NCBI GenBank assembly: GCA_014728985.1
Contig: WJKS01000097.1
Location: 1-44,107 of the forward strand
Length of the DNA: 44,107 nucleotides
Direction: 5' to 3'
Origin: Candidatus Aenigmatarchaeota archaeon
GTDB taxonomy: Archaea > Aenigmatarchaeota > Aenigmatarchaeia > CG10238-14
Below are positions 17,717 to 27,954 of the stretch, piece after piece (within the stretch, counting starts at the first letter, position 1; every line of letters starts with the position of its first letter). The position numbers and the translations under genes are program-made. Below the pieces are notes generated by a model. The model saw only the letters and a list, made by a program, of their open reading frames with translations, had not been told where the DNA came from and searched no databases.

Positions 17717-18328
17717 ACATGAAGAGTGGTCAGATCTTTTAACTCTGAAAACCAAGTTAGTTTATGGATTATTGGCTAATTGGTCTTATTGCTGGAGACG
17801 GTCATATAGAGAAGTCCAATAGAATAGTAATTTCTAGTAAATTAGAGGAATTCATTGACTTATCAAGGAATAGTCTTAGTGTGTTCGAGACAAAGAATAG
17901 AAAAGTAAGTAAATTTTTTGACAAGAGTGCTAATGTATGGAAAATATCTCTAAGATCGGATGAGTTAGTAAAAATTTTAGAGAATACAGGGATACCCAAA
18001 GGAAGAAAATTCGATAAAATAATTTTAAAAATGGATAATTTGGATAGAGAAAAGAAATAGGAATTAGTAGCAGGATTAATAGACGCAGAAGGATGGTATG
18101 AAGATGACAAAGGAAGTCCTAGAATAAGGTTCAAGGTTAAAAATGAAAAATTGAGAGATCAAGTGTCAGAAATTTTAAAATTTCTGGAAGTTAACCATGC
18201 AAACTTCTGTAAAGACGATTGCTTTGGTTTTTCAGTTCAAGGTATCGATAGAGTGAAGAAATTTACTAACTTGATACCAATGAAACATCCAAAATGGAGA
18301 ATTTTAGTATCTGCTCTTCGTGGCTGAA
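17717..18328 (+). mobile_element. rRNA intron carrying a homing endonuclease gene, inserted around E. coli position ~1205-1213 (position estimated by eye)
   Basis: The 16S consensus ...GGTAGGTCAGTAT stops at 17716 and resumes as GGCCCGAATTTCCCCGGCTACACGCGG at 18329. The intervening 612 nt are much more AT-rich and protein coding. Confidence 0.85.
17764..18327 (+). pseudogene. Double-motif LAGLIDADG homing endonuclease interrupted by an in-frame TAG (18058-18060)
   Basis: Motif 1 is LIGLIAGDGHI near the N-terminus. After the TAG the same frame continues ELVAGLIDAEGWYEDDKGSPRIRFKVKNEKL... (motif 2) to a TGA at 18325-18327. Confidence 0.8.
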
Positions 18329-18494
18329 GGCCCGAATTTCCCCGGCTACACGCGGCCTACAATGTATGAGACAATGAGTTGCGACCCCGAAAGGGGAAGC
18401 CAATCCCCAAACTCATACTAAGTACGGATCGAGGTTTGTAACTCAACCTCGTGAAGCTGGAATTCCTAGTAGACAAACGTCATTATCGTTCGTC

Positions 18495-18531
<37 letters not shown>

Positions 18532-18666
18532 GCCATCCGAGTGGAGTCCAAATGAGGCGCTCTCTTAATTGGGAATGTCGAATTTGGGTTCCGCAAGGGG
18601 GGCTAAGTCGCAACAAGGTAGCCGTACGGGAACGTGCGGCTGGATCACCTCCTTTATATTTTCATT

Positions 18667-18692
18667 AACAAACACCAATCACTAGGACTACA
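18667..18692 (+). promoter_or_regulatory. 3' strand of the pre-16S bulge-helix-bulge processing stem
   Basis: Complementary to 16487-16512, as detailed for that feature. Confidence 0.75.
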
Positions 18693-18733
18693 CAATGGTA
18701 TTATTTTTAAGATTAGTTCTGTAATCTATTTTT

Positions 18734-19183
18734 ATGGAGAACTATATGAAAGAAAGACCTAAGAAAACTATTTTCTCCAAATTTAGACAAGAAGCTATCC
18801 TAAAAAAAACCAAGAAATTCGTTCTTGAAGATTTGCTCCCTAATCCAAAAATTAATAAAATAATCCTATTCGGATCTTTAGTTGAAGGTAATTTCGGTGA
18901 GTACGAGAGACCTTTCAAAAACAGGAGATACTCTGATGTTGACGTTCTTTTAATAGTTGAAGATGATTTTGAAGTCCCAGAAGAATGGGGGGAACATTTC
19001 CATTGTGATATCTATGATGTTTACAATTCTCATATGATGGATGAAGAAATATTAGTTCAGTATATAGTATGTAGAAAGAATAGTTATCAGAATAAAGAAC
19101 ATCAAAAAGAATCGGAGAAATGGGGAGTTCCTTTATCTCTGGAAAAAAGTAAGCACAAGAATATTATTATTCATGAGAAATAA
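18734..19183 (+). CDS. Minimal nucleotidyltransferase (Pol-beta fold, MNT-like)
   Basis: ILFGSLVEGNFGE...YSDVDVLLIV matches the GS-x(n)-DxD nucleotidyltransferase signature. The protein is small (149 aa). Confidence 0.7.
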   Translation: MENYMKERPKKTIFSKFRQEAILKKTKKFVLEDLLPNPKINKIILFGSLVEGNFGEYERPFKNRRYSDVDVLLIVEDDFEVPEEWGEHFHCDIYDVYNSHMMDEEILVQYIVCRKNSYQNKEHQKESEKWGVPLSLEKSKHKNIIIHEK

Positions 19184-19239
19184 CTCTATGCGGTTATTTT
19201 ATAAACTTTTATACTCAAATTAATCAAAGAATTAATTGG

Positions 19240-19313
19240 GGGCCGATAGATCAATTCGGTAGATCGTCTGGTTTGCATCCAGAAGGCTAGGGGTTCAAAT
19301 CCCCTTCGGTCCA
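19240..19313 (+). tRNA. tRNA-Ala(UGC): tRNA-Ala (anticodon UGC), no encoded CCA
   Basis: Manual cloverleaf. Acceptor gggccga/tcggtcc with a G3:U70 wobble (the Ala identity pair). D stem gatc/gatc. Anticodon stem tctgg/ccaga with loop tt-tgc-at. T arm agggg-ttcaaat-cccct. Discriminator A. Confidence 0.9.
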
Positions 19314-19407
19314 TCCTGTCCCAAATACTACATCATCTAGATACCTTTCGGTCCATACATATTTCACATCATAATAGATTTTTAATTCAAATCACCAATT
19401 AATTATT

Positions 19408-19908
19408 ATGCCTAAAACCAGAGAAAAGAGGGAAATAGTAAGATTAGGTGGTAAATTAAAAGAGATAATTACAGTAAGAGACAAAGAAGGAAAGATAATA
19501 CATAGAATAATTTCGCCTCTCATGATCGAGTTTAAGCTTAAAGATGTTCTCCAAGTGATTATCGGTGCTACTATTCTAGCTGTACCTGTCGCATTCACAG
19601 AAGAAGTTTGGTTATTAGGTGAGACTTTACCCATTTTGAACATCGGAACATTTCTTTTCTTATCGGTTCTATTCATAGGTACTTTTGATTACTACAACTT
19701 TTACAGAAACAGAATAGAAAAACACTGGCAAGAATTTGTCAAAAGAGTCTTTTTCACTTACATTTTCTCATTTATTGTCGTAGGAATTATATTGTATCTA
19801 ATACAAAAAACGCCATGGAACACAGATTGGTTATTAGCGGTGAAAAGAATTATTATAGTAACATTCCCATCTTCGATGAGTGCAGCGATAGCTGATACTA
19901 TTAAATGA
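19408..19908 (+). CDS. Integral membrane protein (DUF2391-like)
   Basis: Four predicted TM helices. The segment QVIIGATILAVPVAFTEEVW resembles what I recall of the DUF2391 family. The family call is from memory and was not searched. Confidence 0.5.
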   Translation: MPKTREKREIVRLGGKLKEIITVRDKEGKIIHRIISPLMIEFKLKDVLQVIIGATILAVPVAFTEEVWLLGETLPILNIGTFLFLSVLFIGTFDYYNFYRNRIEKHWQEFVKRVFFTYIFSFIVVGIILYLIQKTPWNTDWLLAVKRIIIVTFPSSMSAAIADTIK

Positions 19909-19972
19909 ACCTAACCTAAATACGAATAAACTTTAAGCAAAAGTAGAACCAAATAGTAATTAGTGATTAATT

Positions 19973-20212
19973 ATGGTTGATAGCTACGATGATGACTACG
20001 ATGGACTCAGTGATTCTTATGATATGGATAGTGACGATTTAATCAAAAAAATGAAAAAGAGTTTTGATGAAGAAACATTTGAATTGGTAAATAAAATAGC
20101 TGGCATGTCCTCGAACAACACTTTAATTAAAATTGAACAACAGCTTGAAAGGACCAATAAAGTACTTGAAAAAATAAAAGATTCTTTAGAATTCATTGCT
20201 CATAAAAGATGA
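19973..20212 (+). CDS. Small acidic hypothetical protein
   Basis: 79-aa ORF with an Asp-rich N-terminus and a coiled-coil-like C-terminus. An ATGA overlap joins it to the next ORF. Confidence 0.4.
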   Translation: MVDSYDDDYDGLSDSYDMDSDDLIKKMKKSFDEETFELVNKIAGMSSNNTLIKIEQQLERTNKVLEKIKDSLEFIAHKR

Positions 20213-20904
20213 AAAATGAAGGAAATGGGTTATTATTAATAGAAAAAAATATTTTTCTAAATTCATCTATACTTATCATGAAAAATTCTTTCAAATCTAT
20301 AACCGAGGTTTATGATTTAATAGCGGAAAAATACACAGAACTATTTTTTGAAGATTTTTCAGACAAAGAGAAAATAGATAAATTCCTTGAGCTTCTGCCA
20401 GAAAATTCGAAAATTTTGGATGTCGGCTGCGGGCCAGGGCAATTTACAAAATATTTTCTTGAACTTGGTTATGAAGTTGAAGGGATAGATACTTCAAAAG
20501 AAATGATAAAAATAGCCAAAAATAAAATCAAAAAAGATATCTTTAAAATAATGGATTTGAGAGATTTAGATTATCCGGATAAAAGTTTTGATGGAATTTT
20601 TGCATCCTTTTCACTGATACATATTCCCAAAAAAGAATTAGGATTAGTTCTAAACGAATTCCACAGAGTCTTAAAGAGTGATGGGATTATCTACATTTCC
20701 GTTTATGAAGGAGAAGGAGGAGTTATTGTTGATGAACCATTAAAAGAAGGGGCTAAGATTTTTCTGAAATTGTTTCGAGAAGGAGAGCTAAAGAAAATTC
20801 TTTTAGTTTCTGGTTTCAATTTAATTGATTTTTCAAAGAAAAGCGTAGAGATTAAAGGTTCATTAGGACCTGATTATCTCTTTGTAATAGGAAAAAAGAA
20901 CTAG
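20209..20904 (+). CDS. Class I SAM-dependent methyltransferase
   Basis: Motif I ILDVGCGPGQFT, post-I acidic EVEGID and motif II-like FDGIFASFSLIH. An alternative start is the ATG at 20278. Confidence 0.85.
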   Translation: MKNEGNGLLLIEKNIFLNSSILIMKNSFKSITEVYDLIAEKYTELFFEDFSDKEKIDKFLELLPENSKILDVGCGPGQFTKYFLELGYEVEGIDTSKEMIKIAKNKIKKDIFKIMDLRDLDYPDKSFDGIFASFSLIHIPKKELGLVLNEFHRVLKSDGIIYISVYEGEGGVIVDEPLKEGAKIFLKLFREGELKKILLVSGFNLIDFSKKSVEIKGSLGPDYLFVIGKKN

Positions 20905-20947
20905 ATAAAATTAGATTCCCCCCCCCATTATCCCAAGAATAGCATCT

Positions 20948-21136
20948 TTACTCCAGTTCTGGAAAGAATATAGCTCTGGTTAATTGACCTATACCTGCGA
21001 TCAGAAAGTTTAATGCGACTAGTATTTTAATGGTCTCAAGTGGCTGTCTCCAAACAAAGTATGCTAAAACCAATGCCATTACACCTGTAAATGAAAGTAT
21101 TACCCTCATTATACTTAATCTTTTTGTCCTCCCCAT
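20948..21136 (-). CDS. Small two-TM membrane protein, hypothetical
   Basis: 62-aa ORF with two hydrophobic helices and no recognisable family. Confidence 0.35.
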   Translation of the reverse strand: MGRTKRLSIMRVILSFTGVMALVLAYFVWRQPLETIKILVALNFLIAGIGQLTRAIFFPELE

Positions 21137-21204
21137 GATAGAACACCTCAGAAATATGTGTGGATTTCAATCTTATAAAATTGTGTTCTTCACCTACTAA
21201 TTTG

Positions 21205-21221
21205 ACTACTGTAACAGTAGT
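21205..21221. promoter_or_regulatory. Perfect 17-nt palindrome actactgt-a-acagtagt in a divergent intergenic region (candidate operator)
   Basis: 8-bp perfect inverted arms around a single central base, between divergent genes 20948-21136 (-) and 21288-21926 (+). Confidence 0.3.
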
Positions 21222-21287
21222 GATTTAATTGCTATTTTAACTCAGAGAAGAGGTTAAAACTTTAGACTCTATATAATTCTTGATTCT

Positions 21288-21926
21288 ATGTTTCCGATTA
21301 TTAAATACAAGGATTGTGATGAAAAGTTAATCAAAAAACTTAAGTTAGATCTAATAACTCTGAAAGAATCTATTTTAGGATATTCTCCATCAGATTTCAA
21401 TAAAGGAAAGCTTGATAGAATTAGAATAAGAGTCTTCAAATTTTCAAGGAAAGAGACATGTAACGAGTTTTTCATAATATCTGGAAACAAGAAATACGTC
21501 TGTCTTAATGCATCTTTTTTAAAAAGGAGATATTATGCGGCTTTACAGCATCTTCTTCATGGGATAAGTCACCGGTTTTCACATTTTAGGGATGAGATAG
21601 CGGATGAGATCTTCTGTGAGTTTGTTTCCTATTCTCTTTTGGATGAATTACTAGAGAAGAGAGGAAAGGAGTTCAGAGGGAGAATTCTGAAAAGTATTGA
21701 AAGGGAGTCTCCTAAGGAATATAATTATTACTATAAAATGGCCAGGAAACTAAATAAAATGGAGGACCGGGTTCTTTTGAGAATGAATAACAAAATAAAG
21801 AATAGGAAAATATCTAAGAAAAATGAAAAGATGTTTTTTAAAAAATTTCTCAAGAAAAATACAAATGTTTCTGAGGAATTGGTAGAAGATTTACCCGAAC
21901 TAGAAAGGGATTTTAAGGTCCTTTAG
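21288..21926 (+). CDS. Hypothetical protein with a His-rich segment and a very basic C-terminus
   Basis: 212-aa ORF. LQHLLHGISHRFSH is HxxxH-like but lacks the Glu of a zincin HExxH. The C-terminal tail is Lys-rich. Confidence 0.45.
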   Translation: MFPIIKYKDCDEKLIKKLKLDLITLKESILGYSPSDFNKGKLDRIRIRVFKFSRKETCNEFFIISGNKKYVCLNASFLKRRYYAALQHLLHGISHRFSHFRDEIADEIFCEFVSYSLLDELLEKRGKEFRGRILKSIERESPKEYNYYYKMARKLNKMEDRVLLRMNNKIKNRKISKKNEKMFFKKFLKKNTNVSEELVEDLPELERDFKVL

Positions 21927-21942
21927 CATAATTCGAGTAAAC

Positions 21943-21953
21943 TATTTAAATAT
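21943..21953 (+). promoter_or_regulatory. Putative TATA box of an independent 23S rRNA promoter (tatttaaatat)
   Basis: Identical 11-mer to the one at 16359-16369 upstream of 16S. It lies ~245 nt upstream of the 23S processing stem. Confidence 0.45.
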
Positions 21954-22188
21954 TCTTATACGAATATTATTCTTGTAATTAGGTGCTTGAATGTTTCAAT
22001 AATTCGATGCATTGGTTTTATCTAATTACATTTCTTTGGCTGTGATAGACGAACTGTCTCTCTGATACCAGATGAAGAGAAAGGACACCATTTGAGCCAA
22101 AAACAAACAATATGCAACTCTTCAGGATGCTATGAAGGGCGAAGTGAAGAAATCGATGACCGTAAGCGAGAGTAATGATTCTGTCATA

Positions 22189-22212
22189 GGTTTACCAACA
22201 GCAAAGATCTAG
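22189..22212 (+). promoter_or_regulatory. 5' strand of the pre-23S bulge-helix-bulge processing stem (partner 25126-25149)
   Basis: ggtttaccaa (22189-22198) pairs with ttggtaaacc (25140-25149). cagc (22199-22202) pairs with gctg (25133-25136). gatctag (22206-22212) pairs with ctagatc (25126-25132). There are 3-nt aaa bulges at 22203-22205 and 25137-25139. This is a textbook 3-4-3 BHB. Confidence 0.85.
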
Positions 22213-25125
<2,913 letters not shown>

Positions 25126-25149
25126 CTAGATCGCTGAAATTGGTAAACC
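25126..25149 (+). promoter_or_regulatory. 3' strand of the pre-23S bulge-helix-bulge processing stem
   Basis: Complementary to 22189-22212, as detailed for that feature. Confidence 0.85.
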
Positions 25150-25205
25150 TATGAATTTCTTATTCTTTTTAGAATTAGATTTGTTTAGCGTGAGCTAGGT
25201 ATTAT

Positions 25206-25481
25206 TTATTCATGAGTTTCGATTTCGATGTGGGAACTTTCAACATCATATCTTAAGGTAGCTTTTCTACCGTTGAGATCTCTTCCTCCACTTAATGGGT
25301 CATGGCTCTCGTACCAAGTTCTTTCCCTTTGATTTGGTTCTAACCCCACTCTACCTCCATTTGGTAATCCAACTACTACACTGTCCCTCCAACCAAAAGT
25401 AAAAGTTGCTGGTCCGAAGCAACCTAAAGGAGTTTTTACAGTCTCTTTTTTACCTATTGGTAATTGGTAGAACATTTCCAA
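25206..25481 (-). CDS. Small hypothetical protein (91 aa)
   Basis: An ORF with visibly higher G+C than its neighbours and Gly/Pro/Arg-rich. No family was recognised. Confidence 0.35.
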   Translation of the reverse strand: MEMFYQLPIGKKETVKTPLGCFGPATFTFGWRDSVVVGLPNGGRVGLEPNQRERTWYESHDPLSGGRDLNGRKATLRYDVESSHIEIETHE

Positions 25482-25687
25482 TCACTCCTGTTAATTTCTT
25501 TTCAAAATTCTGAATATGACATAATATATAATTTAAAATGATTTTTCTTTACATTGGTAGTTAAAATTAGGTTAGATTATACCTTTTCATAAAAAAATTC
25601 TCTTTAAAGTAACGTTCGTATTCAAATCACTGGAAGTATCCAAAAGAAGGACCCAGGTTTTTATTCCTGTCTCTCCAATAAATCAGT

Positions 25688-26665
25688 ATGGTACCAGAGA
25701 AATTGACTACTGGTGATGAGATAAGAGTTGTAAGTCCGGCCAGAAGTTTGGCTATAATGTCAGATAGAGATAGAAAAACAGCGACTGAGAGATTGGAAGA
25801 AATGGGATTTAAAGTGACTTTCGGGAAACATGTTAATGAAAGAGATGAATTTGATTCGTCCAAAATCAGTTCAAGGGTAGAGGATTTTCATGAGGCTTTT
25901 AAGGATAATAACGTTAAAGCAATACTCACGGTTATAGGAGGGTTCAATTCCAATCAAATCCTAGAATATCTTGATTATAATCTGATAAAATCAAATCCAA
26001 AGATAATATGTGGTTATTCAGATATCACGGCTCTTTCAAACGCAATTTTTACCAAGACAGGGTTAGTTACTTATGTAGGTCCACATTTCTCATCTTTTGG
26101 TATGTTGAAAGGATTTGAATATAGTAGGGAATATTTTAAAAAGTGTCTAATGTCAGAAGAACCTTTTGAGGTAAAAGAGTCAGAAAAATGGAGTGACGAT
26201 AAATGGTATCTGGATCAAGAGAATCGAAAATTTATCGATAACGATGGATTCTTTCTAATTAATGAAGGGGAAGCAGAAGGAACAATAGTTGGTGGAAATC
26301 TTGTAACCTTTCAACATTTGTCTGGTACATCATTTATGCCTTCATTAAAAGATGCTTTATTATTTTTGGAAGACGATTACGAGGAAAAACCGTATCATTT
26401 TGACAGTTCATTGACAGCGTTGAGCTTATTACCAGATTTCTCCGGGATAAAAGGGCTTGTTATAGGAAGATTTCAAGAAGAAAGTAACATGAGTCGGGAA
26501 AAATTAACCAAAATCGTTAAAAAGAACAGAAAGTTCAATAATATTCCGGTTATTGCCGGGGTTGACTTTGGACATACGTCCCCACAGATTACTTTTCCCG
26601 TAGGTGGTAAAGCGAAATTGGTTGCTGAAAAAGCTCAAATAAGTTTGAAAATAACAGATCATTAA
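25688..26665 (+). CDS. S66 family LD-carboxypeptidase / MccF-like serine peptidase
   Basis: GDEIRVVSPA start, nucleophile motif GYSDITAL, LFLEDDYEE (Glu) and DFGHTSP (His). These match the Ser-Glu-His layout of peptidase S66. Confidence 0.85.
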   Translation: MVPEKLTTGDEIRVVSPARSLAIMSDRDRKTATERLEEMGFKVTFGKHVNERDEFDSSKISSRVEDFHEAFKDNNVKAILTVIGGFNSNQILEYLDYNLIKSNPKIICGYSDITALSNAIFTKTGLVTYVGPHFSSFGMLKGFEYSREYFKKCLMSEEPFEVKESEKWSDDKWYLDQENRKFIDNDGFFLINEGEAEGTIVGGNLVTFQHLSGTSFMPSLKDALLFLEDDYEEKPYHFDSSLTALSLLPDFSGIKGLVIGRFQEESNMSREKLTKIVKKNRKFNNIPVIAGVDFGHTSPQITFPVGGKAKLVAEKAQISLKITDH

Positions 26666-26694
26666 TTTCCTTTGTTTAAGAGATGACAGATTAC

Positions 26695-27828
26695 CTATAT
26701 TCCCTTCTTTTTCTTCTTTCTTCTGAACCCTGTAAAGAACGCACCAAAACCAAATAAAACTGTAAGTAAGCCGATCAAAAATCTGATAACAGGTATACTT
26801 CTCAAGATTACCCATATGAGCAATCCCAATCCGAATGCAAGTATTAAACCAAGCTTGTTTTTACTCTTACCTATTATTCCTTCACCTATTGCTAATGAGA
26901 CCAGGATCTTGCTTAGGTAAAGAGCCATCAGGTATAACAGGAATAAGATTATTGCAAAAGGAATTCCGATGATTGTAACTAAAAGAAGTGCAGATGCAAT
27001 TGGGATTAGAATGATGAACAATAATCCGAAAAGAATTGAAGCTAATGGATATTCAACTATCCTCTGGGACACTGATTTTATGGGTTTCTCCAAGACTAGA
27101 ATGAGAATTACTCCTATGAAAAACGCTACCAAATATTTTCTCAGGTTTGAGATTACTCTCCCCCTTAATCCACGTCTTTCTCTGGGTAATCTTAAGAACC
27201 GTCTTGATGCTTCTTGAGTGAATTCTCCTCTTACTTCAGTACTCTCGGGAATCTCAACCTCATTTGAACTTGTGCAGTTCAGGTTACCCTTTATTATAGT
27301 ATTAGGTAGTATCTCAATTTCACCTGCGTTAATGTTAACGTCACCTGAAATTAGTCCTCCCAGTTGAACCCTTCCTCCGTTTATCGAGACGTTCTCTCCG
27401 ACCTCAGCCTTTGTGATAATAGTTCCCCCGCTGATTATCAGATTACCTCCCACTTTTGTATCTTGAGTGACATTAATCTGCCCGCCTACAGCAAAAACAT
27501 CATCACCAACATCACCCTCAATTCTTATGTTCCCACCTGCGATCCTTAAGTCATCCCCTGTTGAACCCGAAATTCTTATGTTACCACCAGCTATTGTGGA
27601 ATCTTCCATGGTTTTTCCCTTAAGTTCAATATCACCGCCTGCAACTACTAAGTCTCCGTCAACTTCGGCTTCTATAATTATTTCTCCCCCGGAGACATAG
27701 AAATCATCGTCCACTACCCTGTCTGAAGGTACATATATCTCTCCCCCGGTTTTTAATTCAAATGAGAATATACCTGGGATTAGGAATAAACTGATGAGGA
27801 AAATTAACAGAAATTTGTTCCGGGACAT
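26695..27828 (-). CDS. Exported bactofilin-like (polymer-forming beta-helix repeat) domain fused to a C-terminal multi-TM domain
   Basis: Signal peptide MSRNKFLLIFLISLFLIPGIFSF. About eight ~17-aa repeats of the type xAGGxIxIxGxVGDDVx. Then 4-5 TM helices and a KKKKK tail. Confidence 0.65.
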   Translation of the reverse strand: MSRNKFLLIFLISLFLIPGIFSFELKTGGEIYVPSDRVVDDDFYVSGGEIIIEAEVDGDLVVAGGDIELKGKTMEDSTIAGGNIRISGSTGDDLRIAGGNIRIEGDVGDDVFAVGGQINVTQDTKVGGNLIISGGTIITKAEVGENVSINGGRVQLGGLISGDVNINAGEIEILPNTIIKGNLNCTSSNEVEIPESTEVRGEFTQEASRRFLRLPRERRGLRGRVISNLRKYLVAFFIGVILILVLEKPIKSVSQRIVEYPLASILFGLLFIILIPIASALLLVTIIGIPFAIILFLLYLMALYLSKILVSLAIGEGIIGKSKNKLGLILAFGLGLLIWVILRSIPVIRFLIGLLTVLFGFGAFFTGFRRKKKKKGI

Positions 27829-27897
27829 TTTAGCTCTAATTAATTGGTTTTTTTAAGAATTTAAACCCTCTTCTTGGGTAAGTTATTTAAGTTCGGA

Positions 27898-27924
27898 CTG
27901 TTATATTATAACAGTGTTATATTA
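27898..27924. promoter_or_regulatory. Palindrome ctgttata-t-tataacag overlapping a direct repeat of tgttatatta (candidate operator between divergent genes)
   Basis: Perfect 8-bp inverted arms at 27898-27914. tgttatatta occurs at 27899-27908 and 27915-27924. The site is ~30 nt upstream of the msrAB start. Confidence 0.3.
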
Positions 27925-27954
27925 ACACAAATTTTCTGTGTGTTTTAATTTCAG

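Noticed and set aside
16666-17755. ORF-track entries inside the 16S gene (16666-17073 -, 17357-17755 -, 17393-17605 +, 17439-17678 +)
   Set aside because: They lie entirely within conserved rRNA sequence. Their translations are low-complexity and Arg/Ser/Pro-rich, with no motifs. These are classic spurious ORFs in GC-richer rRNA.
17802-18134. 110-aa minus-strand ORF antisense to the homing endonuclease gene
   Set aside because: It is a shadow ORF of an AT-rich coding region. The plus strand carries the two LAGLIDADG motifs.
17700-18340. Canonical 3-4-3 bulge-helix-bulge motif at the large 16S intron junctions
   Set aside because: Only a closing stem (gaagag/ctcttc, cagat/atctg) was found by eye. 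The exact splice sites are ambiguous by a few nt, so I do not claim a BHB here without computational folding.
20918-20926. C9 homopolymer in the convergent intergenic region after the methyltransferase gene
   Set aside because: It is striking in AT-rich DNA, but it lies between two gene ends rather than in a promoter or CDS. Phase variation has no obvious target, so it is more likely part of a terminator region or chance.
21927-22188. Possible 5S rRNA or C/D-box sRNA in the 23S leader
   Set aside because: I found no 5S-like conserved helices and no convincing C (RUGAUGA) plus D (CUGA) box pair with terminal stem. It is best treated as a pre-23S leader.
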